Positions 25,784 to 39,380 are shown, counted from the whole stretch's first letter. The stretch is DNA of 63,484 bases, filler included, from Octopus bimaculoides (GCF_001194135.2; 6 parts of 5 records of this genome joined end to end with filler, not necessarily neighbours in it), one strand, 5' to 3'. Notes: a model not told the origin generated them from the letters alone. Numbers and translations: made by a program.

Positions 25784-26267
25784 NNNNNNNNNNNNNNNNN
25801 NNNNNNNNNNNNNNNNNNNNNNNNNNNTTAATTAATTAANNNNNNNNNNNNNNNNNNNNNNNNNNNNNNNNNNNNNNNNNNNNATATACACACACAAATG
25901 ATATATGAGCATATGCATGTATACATACATATATGTACATACCTACATCTACATGTATATATAGGTGCATATCCGGGTACAGAACGTCAAAAGATGTGGA
26001 CAAAAAATGAACGGGAATATAAACAGAGCACAAAAACGGACTTTTTTATGGACAACAGAATGAACACATAGGAAAACAGATAAGCCACTTATGAAACTTT
26101 TCCTTCATCAGCTGCCTCTATTCTAAACTAGGCATTTCAAAGATGAGGCAGAATGCACTCTTAGAATAGCTCTTCCCGCAAAGTGGATTAACCTGCTAAG
26201 CGGAGGATTTCAAAGTAGCAAACAAAAACCAAGACAGGAAAAATTAAACAGTGAAAACAAAGTTTTA

Positions 26268-26440
26268 AAAAAATAACTGTTAAAATCGAACTGCACTCTT
26301 TAAAACTTGCACTAAGAATAAGTACAAGGTAAAATTATTACCTGCTTTTATAGCAAGTTAATGCAGGTAGTTTATCTCCTCTCCCTCCAACTTTTAGTTC
26401 ATGTAATTGAAAAAACGGCATTATTTATGGGACGACCCAA
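26268..26440 (-). mobile_element. 5' end (TIR and leader) of the same mariner family as 14642
   Basis: Reverse complement TA|TTGGGTCGTCCCATAAATAATGCCGTTTTTTCAAT..AACTACCTGCATTAACTTGCTATAAAAG aligns with 14642-14810. Confidence 0.85.
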
Positions 26441-27268
26441 TACATATATATAAGTACATATACATACATATATAAATATGTATTTATAAGTATGTATACA
26501 TTTGATGAGTATATCTATACAAATGAGTGCGAAAATGGTGTATGTGTGTGTCTGTCAAATATCCGTAAACAGTGCGTGTTGACCATCGAGTTAGCAATAA
26601 AATGTGTTATCATGTGAAAGATACTGAATAACTCTATATAACAATGCATATATACACATATGTATATGTATTCATATATGTATATAATCATATTCATATT
26701 TACATATGTATATATTCACTTTACACAAAACAGCATGAAAATGGAATAATTCAATATCCAAAAACAATCTTTGTTTGAAGCTTGTGACCAGCTGAAGAAT
26801 GAATCTTATGGTGTAAGCTAAATTCTAACCAAAACATGATCGCTACCAGAACAAACTGCTGCTAGCTTATCAGCTGACATTAGGTTCCATTTAACATTGT
26901 TGTCCTACTGAGTGACCAAAATATATAGCAATGAAGAAAACACATTAAGTTACAAAGATATAAGCAGCATTCTGTATAATGGTAAGAGTAAATGGAATCT
27001 AATATATTCTTGTAGCATCAATGCTGTTTTGTTGAGAACATCAGGCATGACACTGAGATTTATTTCACAGCAAGACTTATGTTTCAGGCATAATTCAGCC
27101 TACTTAATGCATGCATACATTATACACATGCACGTATGAATGTGTGTTTATGAATGTATGTGCATGTGTATGTATGAGTGTGAGTGTGTGTGTATATATA
27201 TATATATATTAACACATACACATATATAAATATATACATGCGTCAATCTCTCTCTCTTTATCTATCTA

Positions 27269-28477
27269 TCTATCTGTCTATTCACCTAAAGTTATCTTCA
27301 TGCTCATTATACAATGTCTGTCCAAAAATAAACTGAGCTTTGGAAATAAAATGTCAAGCATGCAGCAGAGCTTACATATGGCAGCAGCGCTGTGAATAGG
27401 TGAGATTGACCTTTGGCCAAAGAATAGCCAAATCATGTCATGTCAGTTAGACATAAATCTACTCATGCTAGAGTAAACATGGTTTTTCTTCTGTTGTGCA
27501 CTTGGCAGTTTGTTGACAGATGTCTTTGAATGTTCTGGTTGTGCCCTAATAGGGATTCGGAAGTACCACATGTTTGCTGGACATTCTGCATCATATTAGG
27601 GTAAAATATTTACAGAATTTTCTAATGCAGTCACAGGCCTGTGGAACATATTGCTACAGGTACCATTATACAATGTCATGATTGGAACTTGTGTTTCAAA
27701 ACAAGAATATTCAAATCTGGACAACTGTCTATAACAACAGATGGTGACCACATTACAAAAGTGTGCTCTGGGATCTGTGAGACACATTGTCTGACTCTCT
27801 GTGCAGTTTCGGAAGAAAAAATCGTCTACTCAACTCATTTGAACCTTTTAATCAAGGGAGAATGTAATGCCCATACCTCATTACAAGGGCTTTGAGGCTG
27901 GCACAAAATAGGGAGGCTGGTATCCTCAAAGTGTAAACCTGGCCTGTATGCTAGAGACAGAGTAGACATCATAAAAGGTATCCAAGGTACCAGGTGATGG
28001 ATTTAAACTGGGTAAAAAATCCAGTGACTTCCAACCATTTTTTACCTACAGACCCCTTTGGTTTCTATTTTTCTCTACTGGATTCTCAAAGCTGTTCAAT
28101 ATTTGAAAATCTAATTATATTTTTATAATTAAATATTTTTCGAAATTGTATAAAAAAATTGTGAAAATATGTTGTGTTTTGCAGAAGTAAAAGCAAATTA
28201 GTTCCCATAAATTTAATGAAATATTAAATGAACCCTCAAGGGTCATATGATACCTGGTTGAGAACCACAGATACAGACCATGGTGGAATTTGAACTCAGA
28301 ATGCAAGGAGACATGATTTGGCTATTCTTTGGCCAAAGGTCAATCTCACCTATTCATAGCGCTGTTGCCATATGTAAGCTCTGCTGCATGCTTGACATTT
28401 TATTTCCAAAGCTCAGTTTACTTTTGGACAGACATTGTATAATGAGCATGAAGATAACTTTAGGTGAATAGACAGAT

Positions 28478-28480
<3 letters not shown>
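27269..28480. repeat. Long inverted repeat: cores 27269-27439 and 28310-28480
   Basis: ~171-bp arms with 3 mismatches by eye. Similarity extends through shared microsatellite flanks to ~27160 and ~28625. Confidence 0.95.
28022..28270. mobile_element. hAT/Charlie-type MITE in the spacer of the inverted repeat
   Basis: Ends resemble CAGTGGTTCTCAACC (CAGTGACTTCCAACC / GGTTGAGAACCACAG); no clear TSD. Confidence 0.5.
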
Positions 28481-28516
<36 letters not shown>

Positions 28517-28634
28517 TAGAGAGATTGACGCATATATATATATATATGTGTATGTGTTAATATATATGTATATATATATTTACACTCATACTCATATATA
28601 TATACACACATATACACATGCATGTGTGTATATA

Positions 28635-28871
28635 CACAGGCTGGCCCGAAAGTAGGTTTATAGTTATCATGTAGGGACTTTAAATTTCTTATAAAATATT
28701 TTATTACATTTAAATTTCTATCTTACAAACTGAATTGGGAGCTTGACAAAATTAACTAAATTAGCATAGAATAATGGTTTCATGTTTTTTTATAATTAAG
28801 ATCTAAACTGTTAATATATAAATGTGAAAGAAATAGTTGAATAACAGTAAACCTACTTTTGGGTCACCGTG
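28635..28871. mobile_element. Tc1/mariner MITE
   Basis: TIRs CACAGGCTGGCCCGAAAGTAGGTTTA / TAAACCTACTTTTGGGTCACCGTG, TA on both sides. Confidence 0.8.
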
Positions 28872-29512
28872 TATATGGGTGAGTGAACTAATGAAAGAGA
28901 TACCCAACACATTAAGTAACAATTGTAATTCAGCTGAATCAAACTGCTATTAAATACTAAAAAGTTGTAGGTACGTGGTACTTATTTACATACCAGCCCC
29001 AGGAATGTGTTTAATATGTAAATTAGCAAATCCGATAGCTTAACAATGATCGATGCGGTGGTTGTATAAGCAATGTGTTTGGAGGCAACAGTGGGTTAGA
29101 TGAGTGCTGAAGAAGGGGCAACAACCCCCAAAATATGGTATATACACTCATTAACCACTTTTGTCTTCCATCACATTGTCTGTTTACATCTGACGTCTCA
29201 ATACAAAATATTGTAGCAAAAATCGGTGCTGGTTATAAGTTCTATAGAATATCTGTAGAAATAATCTTAATAAAATAATGTTATTAAATAACACATACAT
29301 ATATGTACACACACACATATGTATGTTTACAGGAAAGGCTTCTTCCAGTTTCCATCACCTAATTTCACTTAGAATGTATTGGTCAATCTGTGGCTAGATT
29401 AGAGGACACCAACCAACAGCAACAACACACAGGGGCTAAATACCTGACCACAAGGTTCTAAAGCAAACGTTTTGGTCACATTCGACTCTGCCTAATACAC
29501 ACACACACATAC

Positions 29513-29563
<51 letters not shown>

Positions 29564-30111
29564 CATATACAGTTTGGTGAATGTATTAATGAGTTAATTA
29601 TTAAACATTTTACATGTTTGCGTTTTATGTTGTTAATTTTCATTAACTTTGTTTGTTTATTGTGTATTTTTTTTACTTCTACAAAGAATGTTTCCCTCTT
29701 ATTCTTTAAATTAATATCACCTGCTGTTTAGAGCAAGATTTATCTTGCAAACCATTTTAACCAGCGCATCAAACATTAGGCTTTCTCAATTTTGCCTTTA
29801 TGTCACCAATAAAAGAATCAAACTAAATTTCAAAATTCTAATTGTAATTTGTAATCACACAGACTTAATTGCAATTCTTCACAACAAAGGTTTCTAAGTC
29901 CCAATATGCAGATTCTACCTGGCCTTTCTTCTCTCTCAGTAGCAGTTTATTTGGCCAATTTACATGAACAATTGTGAAGCTGTAAACTGTGTAATAGCAG
30001 CTGCATACACACATGGATAGTAAATGAATGTTGAAACATGTATATAAGAGAATGCACAATAAATACATCACGGACAATGACTGGAATTAAGTGCTTTCGT
30101 TGGATGCCTAC

Positions 30112-30242
30112 CAATATGGCTACAGTTGGAATTGCAAGACAACAGACTGCATTGGTTTGTATTTGCAGGAAGATGAATAAAATTAATAGTGAACATACAG
30201 AATATTGGTATTATGAAGCCCACCGGAAAATACTTGACTCCA
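30112..30242 (-). CDS. Candidate exon 2 (GVKYFPVGFIIPIFCMFTINFIHLPANTNQCSLLSCNSNCSHI): hydrophobic signal-like stretch plus first Cys cluster
   Basis: Acceptor tattttgtttcatag|, donor TG|gtaggc, 131 nt, open in phase 2 to phase 1, unique sequence. Confidence 0.45.
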
Positions 30243-32161
30243 CTATGAAACAAAATATTTATTTAGTTCTTGTTTTTATCATTGGTCAATAAGTGTTATT
30301 TTCTATTTGCTTCTATCTCGAAATCAAACGAAATCTCTACTTATTTCCTTCAAACTTTGCTTTTGTGACCTGGACATCAATGTTTCGAAAATGACCTGTT
30401 TTGCATTACATTTCAGACAGATTTGGCTCTGAGTTGCTGAAGCATAAATATCATTATAGAAAATATTTTGTTGAATACCACAGATTTGCTTGTCAGTTGC
30501 TTGACTATAACTGCTTGAGCCTGTCCCTTGGTGGCTGACAATATGTGCATCTCTGATGATGAGCAAGAGGAGTTGGGGAAGCCTCATAGCCATGTGTTGA
30601 AAGGGATTCTTTGGGGTTTGAATAAATGTAACAAAAGCAAAGTTTGAAGGAAATTTTAGCCATTTTTTATAGTTTCTAAGAGTCAGCAAATAGGAAATGA
30701 CTGTTGCTGAGGAAAATCATGTTACACAGTGCTGTTTCCCCTATGATCATGTAACAGCCACTGTGATGAGAAAAACAATTTCTTATTCATGTTAACCTAA
30801 TTAATAGAACTACTTCAAAACCTATTTTAATTTTGAGCATTAAGAAAGGGCATCCAGCTGCTCAAGTGAACAAGTAAATCATCTCTTTTCAACACAGAGG
30901 GGCTTGAAAGAGAAATGCTCAACATAGCAATAAAAACAGCAACATGGTGTAAAGGTAATTGACCAGTTATTGTTGTAAAGGACAGAGAGAAAGAGTCATG
31001 CATCATTTAGAAATGAACTGCCAAATAGATGTGAATGTATCTTCAAAGATCCATCCATCCGTCCGTCCGTCCGTCTGTCCGTCCGTCCGTCCGTCTGTCT
31101 GTCTGTCTGTCTGTCTAACTTCTATGGAGAACTAATGAAGAAACTGTAAATCGTACAGGTTTTCATTTCTCCCTAATTTCATTTGTGCACTGGGCTTTGG
31201 CTTTGCATAGAAACCTAGAAATACTTGGATTCTCCAAAAAAAAAACGAAAATAGCAGACTGACTTGCATTCACTCAATGCAATCGATCAGAGAAACAGCA
31301 AAATTTTGAGATTCCTGGGTGAAAATATGTCTATAGTCACAAATACATATGAAATACATTCACATAAACACATGGACAGTGAGAAAAGATACACTCTTGC
31401 GCTTCATTGTGGCTTGCACACCCATGCATGCAAGTTTATCCACACATACACACATGCATACATTTAGACATATTTCAACCAATCCAGGGAGTAACAAATC
31501 CTAAGAACTGTCTTGTCTTGAACAAGACAGCTTTGTCAGTTTGTTTAGTAACTGGCTTGAATTGTGCACAGGGAAAAGCTCAAAATAAATTCCAGAGAAA
31601 GAGACACATACATACATACATACATACATACATACGTAAATACATACATACGTACATACATGCATATATACATGCATACATACATACATACGTACATACA
31701 TGCATACCCCGTTGATGCTGTTGAAGTTCCAATAAAGGAACCTTGGCTCGAGGTTAGAAACCGGTTCTTTCTCTATTGGCAAGAAATCCTGAAATAAACT
31801 AAATAATGACATACATACATACATACATACATACTTTCACATACATATACTTGAGAGTGTTGTTGTTGTTGTTGTTGTGTGTGTATGTGTGTACGCATTC
31901 GTACATAAGTATGTGGAGTGTCTGTGTGTAAATCGATATCTATCTATCTTTTACAAACACATATATATATATACATATCTGTATGCATGCATCTATGTAT
32001 GTATTCATATGTATATGTATGTATACATGCATATAATTACATGCACATACATACACACACACACATCATGCACTTATATATACACACACATATATGTACT
32101 ATATATATATATATATATATTTACGTATATATATATTTACGTATATATATATTTACGTATA

Positions 32162-32213
<52 letters not shown>

Positions 32214-32748
32214 ATACACATAAATTATAATTATGTATATATACAAATTATAAAGAATGTAATGTGTGATGTGTGTGTGTGAGTGCATCAGTGTTTGTGC
32301 ATGTATCTGTGTGTCTGTATATATGTCTATACATTAATTTGTATGTGGTTTCAAATCAATAAGTTCAATTTATTGTTATTATATTTTTACAATTACAATG
32401 AAAATATCATTGCTGCACAAGTTCAATAACAATTGATAGATTTCAAAAGAATAAACTGATCACAACCTATGGTACTGTATATATAAAGCCGCTGTAGGTA
32501 CAGTAATAACATTAAATTACAATAATAACATGATAATCTACATACAATAGCAACAGAATATATTATTATATTTTATTATATTATAAGTAATACCATAGCA
32601 TAAAAATATCACATAATAAAGTAAGTAGATAGATATATTGATTTTTAAGAATAATACAAGGCCATAATGTTCTGTGGGAGGGTATAATTGATTAAATCAA
32701 CCCCCAGCAATTGGCTAGTACTCACATATATATGTGTATGTGTGTGTG

Positions 32749-32750
<2 letters not shown>

Positions 32751-32821
<71 letters not shown>

Positions 32822-32832
32822 ATCTCTCTCTA

Positions 32833-32880
<48 letters not shown>
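32751..32880. repeat. (CT)n microsatellite
   Basis: Read directly. Confidence 0.95.
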
Positions 32881-32895
<15 letters not shown>

Positions 32896-33224
32896 TTATA
32901 TACATATGTGCATATATATATATATGTATATACATGTATATATATAAGTATGTATATATCATCATCATCATCGCTTAATGATGATATATACTTATATATA
33001 TATATATGTACATACACATATGTATATATATGTGTATATATATGTGTGTGTATGTATACACATACATACACACACGTATGTATGTATGTATGTATGTATA
33101 TAAGTAATTCAATACATATTATCTTAATCTGAAACAAATGTACTTTAACAGAACTCGAGAAAATAAAATATATTATATATTTACGCACATTATACACACA
33201 TAGACACACACACATATATGCATT

Positions 33225-33400
33225 TCATCATCATCATCATCATCATCATCATTATCGTCGTTGTCATTGTCATCACTGTTTTAACTTCTCCTTTTCCATG
33301 CTTGCATGGGTCAAATGAGACCCATGGTGTGATACCCAAGGTAGAGTATTTGTACAGCTGGATGCTTTTCCCGATGCCAACCCTCACCTGTTTCCAAAAA
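33225..33400 (-). mobile_element. RTE 3' tail fragment
   Basis: (CAT)n..CCATGCTTGCATGGG..CAGCTGGATGC..GCCAACC, as at 23505. Confidence 0.65.
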
Positions 33401-33771
33401 GCATAATAATCCTGCAGTCTATCAAACAATGGCCAATGTTGCCATGGTTATGTGGAGGAGTGGAAACATACAACGGTGAATTTTTTTTTTTTGTTTTTAC
33501 AAAAATTGTAAAACGTATCAAGAATCTTGTGCATGCTTTTGTGGTGGTCTGTAAGCAAATGTCACTGTTTCTGTGAGGCTTTTGCATACATTCAATGAAC
33601 AAACAGGAAGATGAGGAAAAATACATTCTAACTCACACAAACACATAATCTCACATGTATGTGCACACATGCACACATACAACCACACAGACATATACGT
33701 ATATATATGATAGACTTCTTCAGATTCTATCTTCCATGGTGTGTGTATATGCATTTGAAAAAAAAATGTTT

Positions 33772-34025
33772 TATTTGTTTCAGTCAATTGATTGTGGCCA
33801 TGCCGGAGCACCACCTTTAGTCGAACAAATCGACCCCAGAACTTACTTTTTGTAAACCTAGTACTTATTCTATCAGTCTCTTTGCCAAACCACTAAGTTA
33901 CGGGGATATAAACACACCAGCATCGGCTGTCAAGTGATGTTGGGGGTGGGGAACAAACACAGACATACAAACACACACATATATACATATACGAGGGCAT
34001 CTTTCAGTTTCCGTCTACTAAATAC
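33772..34025 (-). mobile_element. SINE family A, 3' two-thirds
   Basis: GGCCATGCCGGAGCACC..AACAAATCGACCCCAG..CAGTTTCCGTCTAC. Confidence 0.8.
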
Positions 34026-34026
34026 A

Positions 34027-34067
<41 letters not shown>

Positions 34068-34879
34068 ACCTTGTAATGTGCATTTCAAAGATTCTATACA
34101 GTTATTGGCTACCATATGTCATCATACGTCAGGATTACTCATTTTATTGGATAATATATGTGGAAATCCATTAGTGTATGCAGAATTTATATAAAAATTT
34201 TTTAATTTATAAAGCAAAAGGATGAAATGAACAAGTTTTAATCACAAATCACAACAATTGTTTCTGTGCAATGGCAACAGCTGTGAGTTGCTGGGTTTTC
34301 CAAATCGTACTACTGTATGAATAAATATGACACAACAATAGCTGTGTACTGACACTTCATCTGGCGACTGGCTTTGATATCACTGCTCACTCCTGTTCAG
34401 TTTGCCACCATTTCATATTCCTTTGTATTATTGACATTCTCATTATACTGTGTAACTTATACATTCATATAGATGTACGTCATAGAAATACAAAATAGAA
34501 AAACGAAAGCAAAGTAATGGCAGGAAAAATTTTTTGAATATAAATTACAAAGCAAATAGACCAAAATTAGTTAACGGAAATATAAATCAAAGCATAAATA
34601 TGAATCCGATCTAAAATCCTGTCTTTTTTTTTTATTCTATCATAAATTTGTTTCTTCTTTTAAAAGATAGATTAACACTTTGATATCTGAGGATATAGAC
34701 TAGACATATCCATTATCTCTCCTGTCTGTAAATGTTTCTCTTCAAAGGATTTGTGGTCATCACATTATTCTAGTTGGATAACCATTTGTCAGCCAGTCCA
34801 CTGGGAAAACTTAATTTCGGTTGTGCTGTTACCTATCATAGTCATTCAATCAGTCATTAAGGTGCCTATCACACAGGAA

Positions 34880-35330
34880 AAGATTTAGCTGCCAGGAAGC
34901 ACTGCCAGGTGGCACTGTCTAAGATGCACACAAAGGTGGCACTGTCTAAGATGCATTGTGCCATGTCCAAGCATTGCTGAGTTGAGAAGTTATCTTGAAC
35001 AGCTGTTATTGCATGTCAGAGGAATCTGATTATTGGTTGAAACGAGTGTGAAGATTACCTCACTGCTCACCAAGGCAGGTAGTGTTCCTCTGTCTTGTGG
35101 TTATGGCCAAAGAGATTGTGTGGTGGACGAGGCTGAAACAATTGAGGAAAGACATCTTCCTCTTTCATCAAGCCCTCATCCGCTTTGTAAAGTTTCATTT
35201 AGAAAGAAAGGTGGAGAGGCAAGTGTTACCTTCCTGTGAATTTGTGAAAAGATGGGTGACTGTGAGAGAAATAGTTAGGGTGAATAGCCTGCAAATTGGA
35301 GAACAACAGGGGCCATGGTGTTGGTGGTCA
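34880..35330 (+). mobile_element. Tx1/L1-clade LINE ORF2 C-terminal remnant
   Basis: Zinc-knuckle region HCLRC (21 bp locally duplicated)..PCPSIAELRSYLEQLL..FLCLVVMAKEIVWWTRLK..SCEFVKRWVTV. Confidence 0.7.
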
Positions 35331-35435
35331 GGGTAATCCTGGATTTGTGAGGTTCCTTGGTTGGCTACAGTTAGAGTTTCTCCCGTAGCAAGAGGACCGC
35401 ATCATTTATGTTAACACAAACTTTGTTTGCTATTC

Positions 35436-35623
35436 TTTTATTCTTTTACTTGTTTCGGTCATTTGCTTTTAGTCAAACAAATCAACCCCAGGACTTATTC
35501 TTTGTAAGCCCAGTACTTATTCTATCAGTCTCTTTTGCCAAACCTCTAAGTTATGGGCATGTAAACAAACCACCATGAGTTGTCAAGTGATGGTGGGGGG
35601 ACAAACACAGACACACAAATACA

Positions 35624-35657
<34 letters not shown>

Positions 35658-35810
35658 TATGATGGGCTTCTTTCAGTTTGTATCTACCAAATCCACTCAC
35701 AAGGCTTTGGTCAGCTATAGTAGGAGACACTTGTCCAAGGTACCACACAGTGGGACTGAACTCGGAACCATGAAGGTTGGTGAGCAAGCTACTTACCACA
35801 CAGCCACTCC
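35436..35810 (-). mobile_element. SINE family A, near full length
   Basis: GACACTTGTCCAAGGTACCACACAGTGGGACTGAAC..CACACAGCC head at right; internal (CA)n. Confidence 0.85.
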
Positions 35811-36508
35811 TATTTTGTTTTTATCACATTTCACTTGCTTTTCCATTTCTTTCTCTTCATCTTTTATGTAAATGCCATTACAGTTTAACGACTGTCCTTG
35901 TGATGTCCCCCTCATCTATACCTCTGTAGCTAATAAAAGAAATTATCTTCATCATCATCGTCGTCATCGTTGTTGTTGTTGTTGTTATCCTATAACAACT
36001 TATCAGCAAGTGGGTGGCCTTTTCAAATAAATATTAAAATAACAATGATAAAGTGAAACATATTTATACCTCATTATCTTTTTTTTTTTTCCACATGTGT
36101 TACCGAGTATTGTTCTCTTACTAGTGCACCCATGCTGTCAATAGTGACAGCAGATATCCTGATTTTAAGAAGTATATTGGAAATGATAAGAAGGTGAAAA
36201 TACAGAAAACTACTTTATTTTTAAATATTTGTACATTGAAATAGACTTTGCACTAGACAATCTTAAAAACACCTTCAGTTTAATAATTGCTTTAAAAGCA
36301 TACAAACTGAAAATTTAACCAATTCCAAAGATATAATCATGCAATAATGCTGAACAAGCAGTGAGTTTATTGATACTGTTTCTTTTAATAATTCTTTTGG
36401 TGTTATGTTTTTAGTGAAAGTATTTTTCTCAAAAGATTTTCTTGGTTGTTCCTAGCTTCTAAGAACTGTTTGAAAAGAAGTTATTTTTAGCTCTTTTGAA
36501 TGTCTTAA

Positions 36509-36707
36509 CCCTTTCGTTACCAACCCGGCTGAAACCGGCTCTGGTTCTGTAGTACAAATGTCTTGTTTACATAAGTTTTGAATTAAAATCTTCCACCAAA
36601 CCTTAGTCACAATTTATGTTCCTAACACAAGCTTAAAGACAACTAAGTTATTTTACTAAATTGAAAGAAACACAGAGCATCTCAACAGAAATATGGTAAT
36701 GAAAGTG
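36509..36707. mobile_element. piggyBac-type MITE (199 bp)
   Basis: TTAA|CCCTTTCGTTACC ... GGTAATGAAAGTG|TTAA. Confidence 0.85.
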
Positions 36708-37044
36708 TTAAAGAGATTTCTGTGAGATGAGCCAAGAAAGGGAGGAATGTTCCAGGCGAAGTGAACTGTATTCTGATCATGTAATTCCTTAAATGGTCCA
36801 TGCAAAGGCAAGAATAACAGGAAAGTGTTGTCTGCTTAAGGATGGACCTACAATTAATAGATTTTAAATTCTATCTTGAGATGGCTACCTCCTGTCATCA
36901 TTTCTTACTACCAGCCTATATTTGCTGAAGGAGATTGAAATCATTAATATAAATTTTATTAATTAGCAGTCCTCTTCTTTGGTCAGCATTGCATAATTCA
37001 TTAATAACTCTAACCGTTATCTTCTTTTGATATGTGAGAAAATA

Positions 37045-37214
37045 AAGGTTGCAAAAACTGGCAGAATGGTTAGCATGCCAGACAACATGTTTAGTGGAAT
37101 TTCATTTGCTTTTATATTTTGAGTTCAAATTCTGCCAAAGTTGACGTTGCCTTCCATCCTTTCGAATCAATAAAATGAGAGCCAATTGTGCCCTGAGATT
37201 CATTAATTGACTTA
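37045..37214 (+). mobile_element. SINE family B, degenerate
   Basis: CTGGCAGAATGGTTAGC..GAGTTCAAATTCTGCC..GCCTTCCATCCTTTCG. Confidence 0.75.
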
Positions 37215-37720
37215 CCTCCACAAACCTGTTGGCATTGTCGAAAATAGAAATGCAAAGATCCTATGGGATTTTATGGTTCAGTGCAATCATGAGATTGAGA
37301 ATAGGAAGCCGGACATAGTCTTAATTGAGAAAGAAAACAAACTATGCTGGATCATAGACATAGCATGCCCAGCTGACAAAAAGGTATACAATAAGGAAGA
37401 AAGAAAAGTCGAGAGATATGACAGGTTAGCTTGGGTGGTTAAGCAGTTGTGGTTGATGAAAAAAGTAGCAGTAGTACCAATAATTGTCGAAGCCCTGGGA
37501 ACAGTGAGCAAAAATCTCAAGAAGTACGTGGAACACATAGGGGCTGCAATAAGGGTGGAGCACTTGCAGAAAACAGCACTGCTTGGAACTGATCGAATAC
37601 TCCGAAAGGTGCTCGAAAAATAAGAGGTGTTACCTTAGTTCACTGGTAGTGAACAGCTGACACTAGTACATCTCCAGCGTTAGAAGCTGTGCAAAGGCAA
37701 TAATAATAATAATAATAATA
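37215..37720 (+). mobile_element. R4/Dong-clade RLE 3' end with (AAT)n tail; RLE frame open to stop at 37623
   Basis: ENRNAKILWDF..RKPDIVLIEK..IIDIACPAD..KVERYDRL..VPIIVEALGTV..LQKTALLGT (PD..D restriction-like endonuclease). Confidence 0.9.
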
Positions 37721-37771
37721 TTATCGAAAAATACTTTAGGAATGAGAAGCCAGGTTCAAAATTTCCCCCAA

Positions 37772-37817
37772 GACACCTGATGAATGCTGGAGGGTATATC
37801 AGCCGAAACGTTGTGTT
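37772..37817 (+). ncRNA. Minimal type I hammerhead ribozyme motif in dispersed repeat copy 2 (37721-37865)
   Basis: GACAC-CTGATGA-AT-GCTG-gagggtatat-CAGC-C-GAAAC-GTT-GTGTT. Core boxes intact, stem I GACAC/GTGTT, palindromic ACGT stem III, first stem-II pair mismatched. Confidence 0.65.
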
Positions 37818-38854
37818 AACAACAAACAAGATGAGGACAAATATCCATCAAATGTAAATAATATACATAATTCCTCATTTTTTAAAATATAGAACTGTTT
37901 TAATAAATTAGTTGAACTTTTTTTACTGTTGCTAATCTTGCTTTAGTTTTTTCAATACAGACCACATAAAATGTCATTGCAATATTATCATTAATAATGG
38001 ACTTCCAGTTTATTCTTGACACACTCATCACTCATCACTCATCACTTGGTTGTACTGCAGTTGGGAAACTAAAGAGTTATTTCCCTTCCTGTGACATAAA
38101 ATATATAAATAAACAACAGCATTTATTCTTTGAATTTGTTTCTTGAGTCAGATTTTGGTGTTTATGAACTTCAGTCCTCTTGTTTGTGTTCTTATTGCAT
38201 CTGTGCTTTTTTTTTTCTTGTGAAGCATTGGAATATCTTGGTTCAAATAATTCTTTAGATAAGCCTCATTGCACCAGGTACACTGTATAAAGTAGCTGGT
38301 GCTAGGAGGGGGTGACCTACGATAAAAACCATTCCAGTGTTGGACGATACCTTTCTCCCAACTCATCAGATGCTATTAAACCAGTCAGCACGGTCCAGCA
38401 AGGAAGCCACACGTTAAATGATGGTGATGACGATGATGATGATATCCCACCCACCCCACACACACATGCTCACAGAAAAATATATGCTTGGCTTAATGTC
38501 TGTTTTCATGCTAGTATGGTTTAGATGGAAGTAAATACTAAGAAAAGATTCTATTATTGTTAACAAACCTCAGCTGTTTTTCAAATGATAGAATTTTTTT
38601 TTTTATCCAGAAGAATGTGAGAGAGCAGAAATAATGAACGATTTTGTTGCCAGGAATTATCATCAATGCGCATGACTGACTACAGTGCAACCATAAACAA
38701 TGTTGTCGCAAATGACAATAATAAACACACACACACACATACACACACACATACATACACACATACATACACACACACATACACACACACATACATACAC
38801 ACACACACTCATACTCACACGTACTCCCACATACATAGACATACATATACAGTC

Positions 38855-38885
<31 letters not shown>

Positions 38886-38898
38886 TAGATAAATAGTT

Positions 38899-38953
<55 letters not shown>

Positions 38954-38994
38954 GATCACATAAGTTTGAGTTAACTCCCTTAAGTTGAGATATC

Positions 38995-38998
38995 ATCG

Positions 38999-39035
<37 letters not shown>

Positions 39036-39380
39036 TTAATGTCTGTTTTCTGTGCTTCCATGGGTTCAAGAGTTTGAAATGAACTGGCAAGGTCAAGAGC
39101 CACACCAGGTTCTATTGTCTGTTCTGGTTTGGTTTCTACAGCGCTGGATGCCCTTCCTAATGCCAACCACCTTACAGAGTGCACTGGGTGCCCCAGCACC
39201 AGCGTTTTTGTACATGGCACCATCACCGAGAGGGTCACCAGGTTATCTTGCAAGGCAAAAACCCCTCAACTGGGAGGGAGGAGTAGTATTGAGGGGGGGG
39301 TGGATTTGTACCAGTTGAGAGATTAAAGGTATAGAGGGACACAGATAAATGTCTTGCTGTAGAGTAGGTACATGGATCCC
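38995..39380 (-). mobile_element. RTE 3' UTR/tail
   Basis: (CAT)n..CTGGATGCCCTTCCTAATGCCAACC.. Confidence 0.7.

Noticed and set aside
25545-25835. Gly/Asp-rich ORF, and His-rich ORFs at 44530 and 55251
   Set aside because: Translations of triplet microsatellites and RTE tails, with no splice or codon evidence.
26095-26200. CTGATGA next to a CTGCCTC/GAGGCAG hairpin on the minus strand, as a second hammerhead type
   Set aside because: I could not place GAAA, stem II, stem III and NUH in a valid topology from this single copy.
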